Positions 11,582-25,199 of a stretch of DNA of 64,000 nt are shown here, piece after piece. A program made the translations under genes and the position numbers. Under the pieces are notes generated by a model. That model saw only the letters and a program-made list of their open reading frames with translations, was not told the DNA's origin and did no database searches. Numbering within the stretch: position 1 is the first letter of the stretch; the number at the start of each line of letters is the position of its first letter. Source of the DNA: Octopus bimaculoides (lineage: Eukaryota); contig NC_069004.1 of the NCBI RefSeq assembly GCF_001194135.2, positions 13,500,183 to 13,564,182 of the forward strand, read 5' to 3'.

Positions 11582-11755
11582 GATGATGATGATGATGATG
11601 ATGATATGTTCTGAGTTCAAGTGCCACTGAGGTTGACTTTGCCTTTCATCCTTTCAAGGTTGATAAAATAAGTACCAGTTGAGTACTTGGGTCAATGTAA
11701 TTGACGTACTTCCTCCCCCGAAATTGCTGGCCTTGTGCCAAAATTTAAAACCAAT
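11582..11755 (+). mobile_element. SINE type B, 5'-truncated
   Basis: GAGGTTGACTTTGCCTTTCATCCTTTC core and GGCCTTGTGCCAAAATT tail. Confidence 0.8.
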
Positions 11756-12467
11756 AATTTGAAGAAACAACAACAAGAAATAAAATTTTGTTCAGGTAAA
11801 ACAAAATACAAAACAAAAAGAAAACAAGGAAAAGCGAGAAAAAAAATAAACGAAAAATATAAACAATGGAATTGAAAATTTTTTTTATTAAATGTCAATC
11901 AGTTGTTTGTTTGATGATGGTCAACAATATAATTAATTTTTTTTTTAAATCGAAAACAACAACGGAATGTTTTAAATAATGAAGCATTTTGAGGCAACAA
12001 AACAATGGAATATTTGGAGGGTTGGTTGGTTGGTTGGGTATATTATTGCAGGAGGGGGTAAAGCAAGGTGTGAGTTTTAGTTAAGTATTAAACAACAATT
12101 ATTGAAGGTTACAAAAACCGGACACAGGGTCACAAAATTAGGAAGCCCAATAGTTGATTTATTGATCCTCAAAGGAGTTTCAATTCTAAGCATAGTGGGA
12201 TGGAGCTTTCTAACAGATTCTGCCATAATTTGTGGGAAGTGGTCTAGTCAGTTAACCCCACCCCCACGCCACACTCAACTGTTACTTTAAAAAAAAAAAA
12301 TATATGTACATGTCTGTCTGTGTGACACACATACACATCTACATACATACATGCAAGCATACATTCATACATACAAAAACACACACACACAAGCAAGCAT
12401 GCATACATACACAAACACACATATAATGGTAACCACCTCTGGTTTCCTGATATATAATTTCCACTTT

Positions 12468-12670
12468 TTAACCCTTTAGCGTTTAAACTAGCCATATCCA
12501 GCTCAAATATATACCCTACCTGACTTATGCTTAAACTGGCCACATCTGGCCTCTCACACCTATCCTACAATGTCATTCTAAAAATAAACAATCACATCAT
12601 CAAAACATCAAAGCTATGAGAGAACACATAATTCGAAAGCAATCAAAGTAACCTCAATGCTAAAAGGTTA
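12468..12670 (+). mobile_element. piggyBac-type MITE, internally deleted
   Basis: ttaaccctttagcg...aatgctaaaaggtta. Confidence 0.75.
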
Positions 12671-12673
12671 TGG

Positions 12674-12988
12674 CAGGGGTTCTGAACCACTTTCCTTCTA
12701 TTGACCCCCTTTAATTACTATTCTATTCTAGAGGACTCCCACAACCATTCGACATTTAAAAATTAGATTTATTAAAACAGCTTTCAAAATTCCAAATTTG
12801 TTTTTGACATGTTCACTTACTCTTTTNNNNNNNNNNNNNNNNNNNNNNNNNNNNNNNNNNNNNNNNNNNNNNNNNNNNNNNNNNNNNNNNNNNNNNNNNN
12901 NNNNNNNNNNNNNNNNNNNNNNNNNNNNNNNNNNNNNNNNNNNNNNNNNNNNNNNNNNNNNNNNNNNNNNNNNNNNNNNNNNNNNNNN

Positions 12989-13025
<37 letters not shown>

Positions 13026-13439
13026 TACGACGGGCTTCTTTCAGTTTCCATCTACCAAATCCACTCACAAGGCTTTGGTCGGCCCGAGGCTATAGTAGAA
13101 GGCATTTGACCAAGATGCCACGCAGTGGGACTGAACCCGGAACCATGTGGTTGGTAAGCAAGCTACTTACCACACAGCCACTCCTGTGCCTATATTGTAT
13201 AAATACTTGTATAAATTTGTAATAGAACTTACTGAGAGGACATATTTCACTGGCCGGAAACATGTTTAATAATGTAAAACGTTAGGGAAAGAAATTTAGC
13301 TATTTTTTTTGCAATAAATACATTTAAAGCAACATTTTTTTTTTTGTGGACTTTTCAAATACTATTGCGGATCCCCAATTTACTGTTTTGCTTGCATGGG
13401 ACCCCCAAACTTTATATGGACCCTGGTTGAGAACTACTG
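12674..13439. mobile_element. hAT-type MITE split by a gap and a SINE
   Basis: caggggttctgaacc ... ggttgagaactactg; internal similarity to 11041-11576. Confidence 0.55.
13027..13190 (-). mobile_element. SINE type A 5' half, little diverged
   Basis: GGCACAGGAGTGGCTGTGTGGTAAGTAGCTTGCTTACCAACCACATGGTTCCGGGTTCAGTCCCACTGCG; CpGs retained. Confidence 0.9.
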
Positions 13440-13974
13440 AGTTAAAGTAATCAGATTTAAATTAAAACATCCCATCATAATTCCACGAGAGAAAGCTTTT
13501 GATCAGGTATGTTCTAAACTCCAGCTCCATATAGAAATAAATTTTAAAAGTCAATAAATTTACTAAATTCCTCAAATATTCTTCATTATTTTCAAAATTA
13601 ATGGTAACATATTGGCAGTGTATTCATTAGAAATAATGTCACAAATGGAATAAAAAGACTAGAAATGGAAAAAAAAAATAAAGGTAAGTTTGATAAAGTG
13701 GTGACCAAGACAGAAGATCTATAAATAATATGTAGTAAAGATGAGTTATAGAAAATATGCCAATGAAGCAAAATAGGCTCAACAGAAGAACTGGATTTGT
13801 GAAGAAAGTAAAACACAAATAGGGTAAGTTACTGCTATGGTAGGTTAACCTTACCAATGCTGCTATTCCTAAAATACATTAGAAATGCAAGATTACTCTA
13901 TATATTTTTACTGCTATGACAAACAGTGTCAGGACAAAGCTACACAAACCTTACCTCATATGAGGAGGGGGGCC

Positions 13975-14452
13975 CCTTTCAGTCATGAATGACCATGGGA
14001 TTGCATCTGAAGTCACGAGTCTGGACAAAGTTTTTTTTGTGGAAGACCAGAAGTCACCCATGCTTACTAGTTTCCCCGTCTTCACAACAAAGGAAAAGCA
14101 AAGGTCAATACAGCTTGGCACCAGTGGCATTGCAACTCATTCCTACCACTGGTGGGATTTGAACTCGGAATGTAAAGAGCTGCAAAAATTACCACAAAGA
14201 ATTTTTTCTGATGCTCTAATGGTTCCACCCAAATGGTTTCAAATTTTGGCACAAGGCCAGCAAGTTTGGGGGAAGGGGTAAGTCAATTACATCAACCTCA
14301 GAGTTCCACTGGTACTTATTTTATTGACCCCAAAAGGATGAAAGGCAAAGTCGACCTCAGCAGAATTTGAACTCAGAACGTAAAGACAGATGAAATGTTG
14401 CCAAGCATTTTGCCTGTTGCGTGCTAACAATTCTACCAGCACACACTGCCCT
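13975..14452 (-). mobile_element. SINE cluster (type C 3' part plus two type B copies)
   Basis: Matches 6383-6590, followed by type B cores. Confidence 0.75.
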
Positions 14453-16564
14453 ATATAATGATGATGATAATGATGATGATGATGATTTCCAAGTTCAAGG
14501 GCAGGATGTTTATCAATACCACCAACCTTGACCCTAGAGGAATGAAAGGCACTGTTGGTCTTAGCAGGGACTGAACTCAGAGAACAGAGAACAAAGAATC
14601 ACAAGGCATTTCATTCCACTTCCAACAACTGTCAANNNNNNNNNNNNNNNNNNNNNNNNNNNNNNNNNNNNNNNNNNNNNNNNNNNNNNNNNNNNNNNNN
14701 NNNNNNNNNNNNNNNNNNNNNNNNNNNNNNNNNNNNNNNNNNNNNNNNNNNNNNNNNNNNNNNNNNNNNNNNNNNNNNNNNNNNNNNNNNNNNNNNNNNN
14801 NNNNNNNNNNNNNNNNNNNNNNNNNNNNNNNNNNNNNNNNNNNNNNNNNNNNNNNNNNNNNNNNNNNNNNNNNNNNNNNNNNNNNNNNNNNNNNNNNNNN
14901 NNNNNNNNNNNNNNNNNNNNNNNNNNNNNNNNNNNNNNNNNNNNNNNNNNNNNNNNNNNNNNNNNNNNNNNNNNNNNNNNNNNNNNNNNNNNNNNNNNNN
15001 NNNNNNNNNNNNNNNNNNNNNNNNNNNNNNNNNNNNNNNNNNNNNNNNNNNNNNNNNNNNNNNNNNNNNNNNNNNNNNNNNNNNNNNNNNNNNNNNNNNN
15101 NNNNNNNNNNNNNNNNNNNNNNNNNNNNNNNNNNNNNNNNNNNNNNNNNNNNNNNNNNNNNNNNNNNNNNNNNNNNNNNNNNNNNNNNNNNNNNNNNNNN
15201 NNNNNNNNNNNNNNNNNNNNNNNNNNNNNNNNNNNNNNNNNNNNNNNNNNNNNNNNNNNNNNNNNNNNNNNNNNNNNNNNNNNNNNNNNNNNNNNNNNNN
15301 NNNNNNNNNNNNNNNNNNNNNNNNNNNNNNNNNNNNNNNNNNNNNNNNNNNNNNNNNNNNNNNNNNNNNNNNNNNNNNNNNNNNNNNNNNNNNNNNNNNN
15401 NNNNNNNNNNNNNNNNNNNNNNNNNNNNNNNNNNNNNNNNNNNNNNNNNNNNNNNNNNNNNNNNNNNNNNNNNNNNNNNNNNNNNNNNNNNNNNNNNNNN
15501 NNNNNNNNNNNNNNNNNNNNNNNNNNNNNNNNNNNNNNNNNNNNNNNNNNNNNNNNNNNNNNNNNNNNNNNNNNNNNNNNNNTATATATATATATATATA
15601 TATATTGTGATGTTGAATAAAAGAGACATTAAAAGAAAAAGAAATCTTATCTTGGAGTTGAGAGAGGGAGAGAGCGCATGGGCAATTCAAATAAACAAAA
15701 ACAAATCTTTTAAGGTAAAGAAATTTGATTTTGAAGATAGAAATGGTTAAAAAGTAGAGGTAAAAGTGATGGTGGTTAGAATGTGGAGGCAGAGGGGATG
15801 AGATGTGAAGATGGAGGTAGGAGAGGTTTGAAAGAAATACATATAAAAAAATTCATATAAATTCATATAAATTCTCAAAAGGCCTGGTTCAGATTTTTGC
15901 TATGGAAATAAGATGTTTGGAAACAAATAAATGTTAGTAGCAACAACACAATCTGAGAGTCAGGTGCCACTCTGCCTCTGCCAGAGTGAAAACTTCGTAA
16001 AATAAGCCTGAAGCAGGTGACATTTAACATGAAACAGTCACAGAGATCTGGGAGAACCAGACAAAACTGGTAAAGGAAGGGCTGGAGTGACTGATTAGTA
16101 AATAATTTCATTAAGCTAAACATTAACACCACAGATAAATAACTTAACATGTAATTCATTACAACCCAACTTTTCTCTTTGAATTCCTCATTAAGTCAAT
16201 ACCAAATTACATTGTCTATTTGCTTTAATTAAATTCCATTGTTTTGAATTTTTTTTTCTTTTTTTTTTTTTTCTCAATCATTATACAAAACACAATTTCA
16301 AACAGCTTTTACTGAAATTAACTGAGTTTTTACCTGATTTGTTTTGGATATCTGTCTCAGGAACTGATTTATTCATTTGAGCTCAACTATTTGAATGATC
16401 AGCACCAGAAATTTATATTCTATATCACACTCTGTCAATAACAGAGCCATTGGTTACAGTACGCCAATGGGCCAATCAGTCACTGATTCACTGCATTTAC
16501 AATGATGAGAGTGACAACAGATTGTCTTTGCAACTTGGGTGCAATAAATACCAAAAGAGCTCGC

Positions 16565-16887
16565 CTGACTCTCTGTCAGTTACAATGACAAGGGTTCAAG
16601 TCGATCCGATCAACAGAATAGCCTGATCATGAAGTTAACATGCAGGTGGCTGAGCACTCTGTAAACATGTACCCTTAATGCAATTCTCAAGGAGATTCAG
16701 TTTAACACAGAGTGTGACAAACTGGCCCTTTTGAATTACAGGTACAACTCATTTTTGCCAACTGAGTGGACTGGAGCAATGTGAAATAAGGTGTTTCACT
16801 CAAGGGTACAACACACCACCTGGAATTGAACTCACAACCATACAAACATGAGCCAAACACCTTAACCACTAAGTCATGCACCTTCAC
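16565..16887 (-). mobile_element. SINE type C variant with a different 3' domain
   Basis: tRNA-like head, TATTTCACATTGCTCCAGTCCACTCAGTTGGCAAAAATGAG core, distinct tail. Confidence 0.8.
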
Positions 16888-16961
16888 ATAAAAAGGTTTT
16901 ATATTTATCGAAACCATTGGTCCATTGCCTTTTCCACAAATCTTTAGACAACACAAGGCAA

Positions 16962-19050
16962 CAAAGATTTTGTTACAGAAGACCAAATAGGTGTTTCTAG
17001 CTAATTTGTGTATACTGATTTCAAATTTATAATTAGATTGTTTCTATCACGTCTAGATTTTGTGTAAAATGCAAATCCTTTAGTAAAATTTCCTATCATG
17101 TCCAGATTTTGGCTTTAATCGTCTTAATACCAGTAATATGAAATTTGCTTTCCAAGGTTAAAGCAATTTTTGTTTGTCAACTATGTACAAATTCTAATGA
17201 TTTTGATCAATAAAATTTATCCCGAGTTGGCAACACTGAGTCAAGGGCATAGTAACAGCCCAATGATCAGTTGCTACGTGACAGTCAAGTAGAGCTGTTG
17301 TTGAAGACAGCAGTTCAACAGAAGATTCAGCTAGTGATATAGAAATAGGGATAGATGGTATATATGTTCCAGATGCAATTAGTTCCCCACATTTGTTCAG
17401 TCAAGAGGATGTTAAATGACTTAGTGCTCGATTTGAAATTACCAAAAGAAAAGGCAGAGTTGCTTGGGTCCAGACTTCAAGAATAGAATCAGCCAAATTT
17501 CCCATTTCCACCAGAACCATCTGCAGTTTTCATCATTTTACTTACAGGAGGAAAGCATTTGTTTCTGCCATGATATCAGTGGTTTGGTGGAAAGGATTGG
17601 CTTTCGCTATGATCCAAAAGAATGGAGACTGTTCATTAAAGCTAACCTTAAAGCTGTATTGCACAGCGGCAATGAAAAATTTTCAATACCTGTAGCACAT
17701 GCCACTGGCCTTAATAAGACTTATGAATCAATGGAATTGCTGCTAAGACTTGTCAAATATAAGGACCACATATGTAATATTTGTGGTGACCTTAAAGTTG
17801 TATCATTACTTTTTGGATTACAGTTGGACTACACAAAGAATATGTGCTTTTTGTGTCTATGCAACAGCAAAGATAAGAACCACTATGAAAAACATGATCA
17901 GCCATCTACAACTGAACATGTTGTTAGTAAACACAATGTGAAACATCCAACACTTCCTGACTGACCCTCAGAAAGCACATCTTCCACCATTTCACATTAA
18001 ACTTGGCCTTATGAAATATTTTACGAAGGGTATGGATCATCAAGGTAGTGGTTTCCAATATTTAAAGATGCTAAGCTAGAAGCTGGAGTTTTCACTGGAC
18101 CACAGATCTGCAGTGTCATCCATGACAACCCACTGTTTCAATCCAATCATACCAACTAATAAGGGTCAGTTTCCTGGTTTCGTGGCATATATATTCCCCA
18201 CCTGGACAAGACACCGGTCTGTCTCAGGATTACTCATTTTTGCCACATGAGTGGACTGGAGCAATGTGAAATGAAGTGCTTTGCTTAAGAGCATAACGTG
18301 TCACCTGGTCCAGGAATCGAAACCACAATCTTACAATCATGAGTCCATCACCCTAACCACTAAGCCACATGCCTCCACTTCTTTTCTTTACTACCTAATC
18401 TAAATGAGAATGAACTAGGAACATGGGCATCTTTGTTGAAGTTGTAAAAACTTTTCTTGGAAACAACAAAGTTGAAAACCATCGTGAACTTGTAGAAAAC
18501 ATGCTTAAATCTTGTGAAAAAATGGGATGCAGAATGTCTTTAAAAATGCATTTTTTTACATTCTCATCTTGACTTCTTGGCCAACCTTGGGGCTGTGAGT
18601 GATGAGCTTCTACCAACAGATCTATCTCAGTTATGGAAAACACATACAAAAGTAATTTCAACCCAAATACGATGGGAGAACTTATCATCTTACAAGTGAT
18701 AAAGGAAGATGAAACACCAAAGTTTCACTTAAGAAAAGGAAGTTGCCTTTTGGTAGTAACAGCAAAATACTAACACGTTTGGGGAGGATGATTGAGTGCA
18801 GGGGTAGTAACTGCCAACAGAATTCTGCAATCTGTCTTAAGCCAGAAAAAGGAGGAAAGACATCCTTGTTCACTAATTATTTAAGTATAATTAACATAAA
18901 ACATGGCACAGAAAAGTAGCTTAGACGGCTTTCATAATAGAAGTGAGTGAGAAAAAATGAAAAGTAAGAGTTTACAGTTCCACAAAATCTGGACATGATA
19001 GACAAATTTAGATATCAGATTTAAAATTAGCACCAGAAATTTGGTAGGAA
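16962..19050 (+). mobile_element. Degenerate DNA transposon, probably Chapaev3 (CMC superfamily)
   Basis: Frameshifted fragments LPKEKAELLGSRLQ, CFCHDISGL...YDPKEWRLFI, CGDLKVVSLLFGLQLDYTKNMCFLC, PPFHIKLGLMK, AGVFTGPQI, FLGNNKVENHRELVENML..CEKMGCRMSLKMHF. Sub-terminal inverted repeats near 17010-17060 and 18985-19040. Family label is from recall of these motifs. Confidence 0.75.
18150..18378 (-). mobile_element. SINE type C inserted into the Chapaev-like transposase
   Basis: GGAGGCATGTGGCTTAGTGGTTAGGGTG head; interrupts the transposase after GPQI. Confidence 0.85.
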
Positions 19051-19071
19051 TCAGTAAGCCATACATATGTA

Positions 19072-19144
<73 letters not shown>

Positions 19145-19145
<1 letters not shown>

Positions 19146-19305
19146 CAGGTTTCTGTAGAGTTTAGCCTACCAAATCCACTAATAAGGCATTGGTCAACCT
19201 GAGGTTATTGTAGAAGATACATGCCCAAGATGTTATGCAGATGGTGCTGAACTGAGAACCATGTGGTTATGAAGCAAAATTCTAAACCATACAACTGTGC
19301 TTACA
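19145..19305 (-). mobile_element. SINE type A 5' half
   Basis: Type A core. Confidence 0.75.
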
Positions 19306-20194
19306 CTAAGTTGCTGGAATTGTTCTACTTCTGAACCATGGATCCTTCAGACAATGAGAACTTGCACAGCAACAGTAATTTTTTTGTTTTTTGTTTTTTA
19401 ATATTTAATTTTATATACTTAACAATCATCAAAAGAGAGTTATATTTATTTCATCTATTCAGAGATACATCTAGTTCAAATCAGAACAAGCAGAAGCCCC
19501 AATTAAGTTATGTGTTAGTATCGAAAGGGGGTTCTGACATTTTCAAAGCAATCACTTGCAGAGGTGACTGCTTGCAGAGGAATCAACAACAAATAGAACA
19601 CAACAGGAAACGAAATATGAAATGAAAAATTTTCAATTGAAAATATAAATCCTATTATAAATCTATAAAACAAACAAAAAGGCATTTTCTTTTAAATAAC
19701 AGAAAATAAAAGGAAAACAAAAAAAATTTTAAAGCTTTAAAAAATGTAAAGCTTCTGATAATTTTGATTAAACACTTTATAATTTTTATTTTTTCTCAAT
19801 TATTTCATTTTTTTTTTTCCTCTCCCCCACAAGGATTTGTTTGCCTGAGATTGTTTTGAGAGAGAGAAAGAGACCATTACGATCTTCTCCTCTCCATTCA
19901 GCAATGTTTCTTCCTCAGAAACTACACAAAGCTTATGCCTGAAAGGAAACAAGGGAGAAAAGAAAAAAAAAAAGAAGAAAAAAAACAAAATAAGAAAAAC
20001 ATTTTTTTTTTTTTGGTTTAAATACACAACAGCTGGGAGTTAAGAGGAAGGAGAATGCTGGAGAGTAGGGAATGCGTTCTTAGTAAAACAGCTATTTTGT
20101 TAGTCTAAAAGGTAACACGGCATCAAACATTTGGATTACATAGCAAATTCATTCCTGATATAAAAGCAACAAATAAAAATGCCATACCTACAAT

Positions 20195-20768
20195 CACCTT
20201 GTATAACAAAAGTTTTATTTCTATTTTTTGTCTTTGGGTATTAAATGCCATTTCCTATTTGCTTCTATCTAGAAATCAAACGAAATGACTACTGTTCCCT
20301 CCAAACTTTGCTTTTCCGACCTGAACATCAATGTTTTGAAACGGACCTATTTTCCATTACATTTCACACAGATTTAGCACTGAGTTGCTGAGGCAGAAAT
20401 ATCATTATAGCAAATATTCTGCTAGATACCACAGATTTGCTTGTCACTTGCTTGACCTTAACCACTTGAGTAGGTCCCTTAGTGCCTGACAATATGTGCA
20501 ACTCTGATCATGAGCAGGAATAGGGGAGCACCTGAGAGGAATTCTTTGGGGTTTGAATATAAATGGAGCAAAAGCAAAGTCTGAAGGAAATATTAGCCAT
20601 TTTACATACTCTCTAGGAAATAACAGTTGCTACCCAAGGACAAAAATCAAGTTACAGCATGTTATCAATGGCACTAAAAAGGTGTCAATGATAACTACAC
20701 ACACACACACACACACATGCACACATATACATGTTGCATCCCCTCATTTCAGGGGATGCAGCACAGTG
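20195..20768. mobile_element. Non-autonomous DNA element (CAC...GTG ends, possibly Chapaev-derived)
   Basis: Second copy at 25732-26160 shares ATTTCCTATTTGCTTC...AACTTTGC...TTTTCCATTACATTTC; internal IR aactttgctttt/aaaagcaaagt. Confidence 0.6.
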
Positions 20769-20894
20769 CATGTGAACTATTTTGGAAAAAGAACTTAGTA
20801 GTCACTAGCAAATATCACTAGATGCTGAGCAGATGAAACAGTCCAGTTAGTGAATGACTGCTATCATCTGATAGTCATTGTGTGCAAAGATGAG

Positions 20895-21224
20895 ACATTC
20901 AGCTATTTGACTGCAAACATGCTGGGGCACCATCTTGAAGAATTTTTAGTTGAAGGAATTGAACCCAGTACTTATTGTTACAGAGATGTAAACAACACCA
21001 GTTGTCAAACAGTGGTGGGGAATGTCCTCCGCTACAAAGATATGCATGCAATCATACACACAATGGGCTTCTTTCAGTTTCTGTCTTCCAAATCCACTCA
21101 CGAAGCTTTGGTCAGGCCAAGGCTATAGTTGAAGATGTTTGCCCAAGATGCCGAACAGTGGAAATGAACTCAGAACCATGTGGTTGGGAAGCAATACTTC
21201 TTACCACACAGTCATGCCTGCAAC
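20895..21224 (-). mobile_element. SINE type A
   Basis: Head, core and tail recognisable. Confidence 0.82.
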
Positions 21225-21258
21225 TATATACACACACACACACACACACATACATATA

Positions 21259-21294
<36 letters not shown>

Positions 21295-21699
21295 TATGCA
21301 TACATACATATATACACATACATACATACACATATATATACACATACATATATATACACACATGTACATACACACATACATATACACACATACATATATA
21401 CACATACATATATACACATACATATATATACATAAATATATATATACACATACATACATATACACATACATATATATACATACATATGCACATACATATA
21501 TATATACAAATACATATATAAATACATATGTATATATACAAACATATATGTCTACATATACATACATATACATATATATATAAACATATATACATACATA
21601 TACATATGTATATACATACATAAACATATATACATACATATACATATGTATATATATACATACATATATATATACAAAAATATACATAGACATACATAT

Positions 21700-21744
<45 letters not shown>

Positions 21745-21815
21745 TATTATATAAATATATACACATACACACACACACACATATATATATACACATGCAC
21801 ACGAACACACACACA
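21225..21815. repeat. Long compound CA/TA/TACA microsatellite
   Basis: Direct inspection. Confidence 0.97.
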
Positions 21816-21863
21816 CAATCATTGACACCAAAATGATGTCAAAGATAACCACAGATAGATAGG

Positions 21864-22904
21864 TTAGTCTCTAAAAGTTGCTTAGTGCTGAAGTGAATAC
21901 TATCTATTGATTATGCAGATAATGGAAAAACATATTCCAAGTCTGACAGAAAAATAACACAAAATAATTTCAAAGTCTGTAATAAAGAAGCAGTTAAAAC
22001 GAGCCTAGAAATAGGTATTCCATTCACTTACAATCTTGGAGTGCCATTATTGGAAATGAAACGACAGAGGAAAAGGAGAAAGAGAAGCGAATATTATCAA
22101 AAGTCATTGCAGTTTTTAAAAATCAACTCAGTTGGAGGGAAACATGTGTTCTGCTAGATACTTGAGGAAAATGTAATGTTAGGACAGAGTGAAACTCAAT
22201 CTCGAGAGAGAAACAGAATTATTTCTACATTATGAAAAGAAAAAACAAAAGAGAGAGAGTAAGAGAGAAAATGAACGTCCTGATAATTTATAATTCAACA
22301 TCCTGATAAGTTATAACTTCTTCAAATAAAACCTTCAATAAGGTATCTCACAAGCAGCTTAAAGATCAGAGGAGAGGTGTATGTGTGAAGCTAAAATTGC
22401 ATTCCTAGCACTATTAATACTTTTCTAAGTTTACTACTATATTGCTAAAATTTACAACTGTAAACATCAGTAGCTGTTGTGTGGAACTCAGAAGTTTATT
22501 TTATTGGTTTCTAGTGAGTGCTAGGTTCTATTCCTTCCACAAGATAAAAACCAGTCGGACTACAATCAATGACAACCACTAGAATTCATCTTTCATTTAG
22601 TTATCACAAAAGAAAATGAAGTTTCACATTGGCCTTGTAGCCTTTCGTGATGAGGGAAAGAGTAACCTGTCGTAAAGATTGTTTGCCAACATAACATGGC
22701 AGTCCTCGTTTAGGACTAATATTGCTGTAATTTAACCCCAGGAGACATCGTCTCCAGCTGGCTGTATGACACGATCTGTGTCCTTTCTCTCTCTTTCGTT
22801 TTTTTTTTTTCTCATAATGTAGAAATGTTGGAATATGTTTTTTCATTATCTGCATAATCAGTAGATATCATTCACTTCAACACTAAGCAACTATTAGAGA
22901 CTAA
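21864..22904. mobile_element. ~1-kb non-autonomous element with ~75-bp imperfect TIRs
   Basis: ttagtctctaaaagttgcttagtgctgaagtgaatactatctattgattatgcagataatggaaaaacatattcc pairs with the reverse complement of 22830-22904. Confidence 0.75.
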
Positions 22905-23560
22905 TATATCTGCAACCTGTTTCAATATCCATAGCATAGAGATATTTGTCGTTGAGAAAACATTAGATTAACATATTCAATATACTAACTGAAACTTATT
23001 AAAAATTTTTAAACAGTAGGAAACTGAGCAATTGCTATAGTATTTTCAGCTTCCAAATAAAATATCCGCTGGTCTGTCTGTATTTCCAGTTCATGGACAG
23101 GAAATACTTCATTTGTTCACCTTGAATTTCATTAATTTTGGACTGCCTTGAAAACATTGTGTTAACATATTTTTGGAAATATTAATTTTAATGATTTTCT
23201 ATATCTGTATATGTTAAATACAATAGAAACAATTGTCGGCTTTATAAGGTGAATTCAACAATAAAGATGTGATTTTCTCTATACATATTTTTTGTTGTCA
23301 AATACTCTGAATTCTTCTAATTGGTATGTGGATCGAATTTTCATACATGAGGATTTACCTTGGATGTGTATTCAACTTACATTTACTGGTGTCTGATTGT
23401 TGGATATAGTTAACCAAATATTTGAGTGCTTTATTGATATCTGCCTGGATTGTTTAATCCTTTTTTTCTTTATACATACATACATATGAGTTCTCAAATA
23501 TGTGTGCATACATACATACATCACACAGATAAACACACACACACACACACAGATAAACAC

Positions 23561-23595
<35 letters not shown>

Positions 23596-24204
23596 CACAC
23601 ACAAACACACANNNNNNNNNNNNNNNNNNNNNNNNNNNNNNNNNNNNNNNNNNNNNNNNNNNNNNNNNNNNNNNNNNNNNNNNNNNNNNNNNNNNNNNNN
23701 NNNNNNNNNNNNNNNNNNNNNNNNNNNNNNNNNNNNNNNNNNNNNNNNNNNNNNNNNNNNNNNNNNNNNNNNNNNNNNNNNNNNNNNNNNNNNNNNNNNN
23801 NNNNNNNNNNNNNNNNNNNNNNNNNNNNNNNNNNNNNNNNNNNNNNNNNNNNNNNNNNNNNNNNNNNNNNNNNNNNNNNNNNNNNNNNNNNNNNNNNNNN
23901 NNNNNNNNNNNNNNNNNNNNNNNNNNNNNNNNNNNNNNNNNNNNNNNNNNNNNNNNNNNNNNNNNNNNNNNNNNNNNNNNNNNNNNNNNNNNNNNNNNNN
24001 NNNNNNNNNNNNNNNNNNNNNNNNNNNNNNNNNNNNNNNNNNNNNNNNNNNNNNNNNNNNNNNNNNNNNNNNNNNNNNNNNNNNNNNNNNNNNNNNNNNN
24101 NNNNNNNNNNNNNNNNNNNNNNNNNNNNNNNNNNNNNNNNNNNNNNNNNNNNNNNNNNNNNNNNNNNNNNNNNNNNNNNNNNNNNNNNNNNNNNNNNNNN
24201 NNNN

Positions 24205-24245
<41 letters not shown>

Positions 24246-24659
24246 TCATTACATATTATACTCCTCATTATAGGAGTTAAAAACAGAATAGGCATCTTCC
24301 AATGTCAAGCTCAATAGATATTACTAAAACTGAATGTAATAATTATTGTACTTTCATTTATGCAAATGATCAGACAAGTGTGATGTGATATATATTTCAA
24401 AGTATTAATCACACATCGACATAGGAATTGGACTGCCTGTTCCAACTTGGAACTTTGTTTAGAGAGGCTGTCCATTTCTTGTATACAGATATGTAAATAA
24501 TATCATGAAATTTATATCACACTTCATAAGATCTTCAGCTGAAATAACCATAGTGAGATTACTTGTGTTTGTGTATGTGTGTGCATGCATGTGCATATGA
24601 GTATGTTACAGAACTCTAAGGACCTTGACCCTTCCTGATATATACATATATACAGTAAA

Positions 24660-24835
24660 AAGCTTCCAGCTGTAAAAACCGTGCCAAAATTGACCTCGCC
24701 TCTGCTGGTGCCATGTAAAATGCACTCGGTCCACTCTGCAGGGTGGCTGGTGTAGCCTTCTACCTGGCCGGCCCCTGTCAAACTGTCCAACCCATGCCAG
24801 CATGGAAGGCAGCCGTTAAACGATAATGATGATGA

Positions 24836-24838
<3 letters not shown>
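24660..24838 (+). mobile_element. RTE LINE 3' end
   Basis: TCCAACCCATGCCAGCATGGAAGGCAG...GTTAAACGATAATGATGATG. Confidence 0.75.
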
Positions 24839-24886
<48 letters not shown>

Positions 24887-25199
24887 GAAGGAAGAAGGTC
24901 CCTGAGTTTTGTAATGCTAATAATTCAATTTGCTATTCTAACTTCTGGAAGCCAGTGTGCCAACAGATCATCTACTACATGGGTGAACACACAAGTATGA
25001 TAGACAAATTCCTCACAAAGAAAGAGAAGAAACAAATGATTGTGAACAATATGTCTTTCTCTGTTGAAGAATGTATCCCCAATATAGATGAGCGATTAAT
25101 AACATCACAGTAAGAGTGATTAATAACATCAGAGTAAGAGCCAAGACACACAAAACAATGTGGAGAAGAAAGACAGGGAAGCTGAAGAACCATCAACCA

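Noticed and set aside
13120-13190. tRNA-like A/B boxes here and at other SINE heads as tRNA genes
   Set aside because: They continue into SINE cores and lack a complete cloverleaf; they are SINE internal Pol III promoters.
22032-22034. 3-nt microexon-like ccaag|ATT|gtaagt
   Set aside because: Lies inside a TIR element and there is no independent support.
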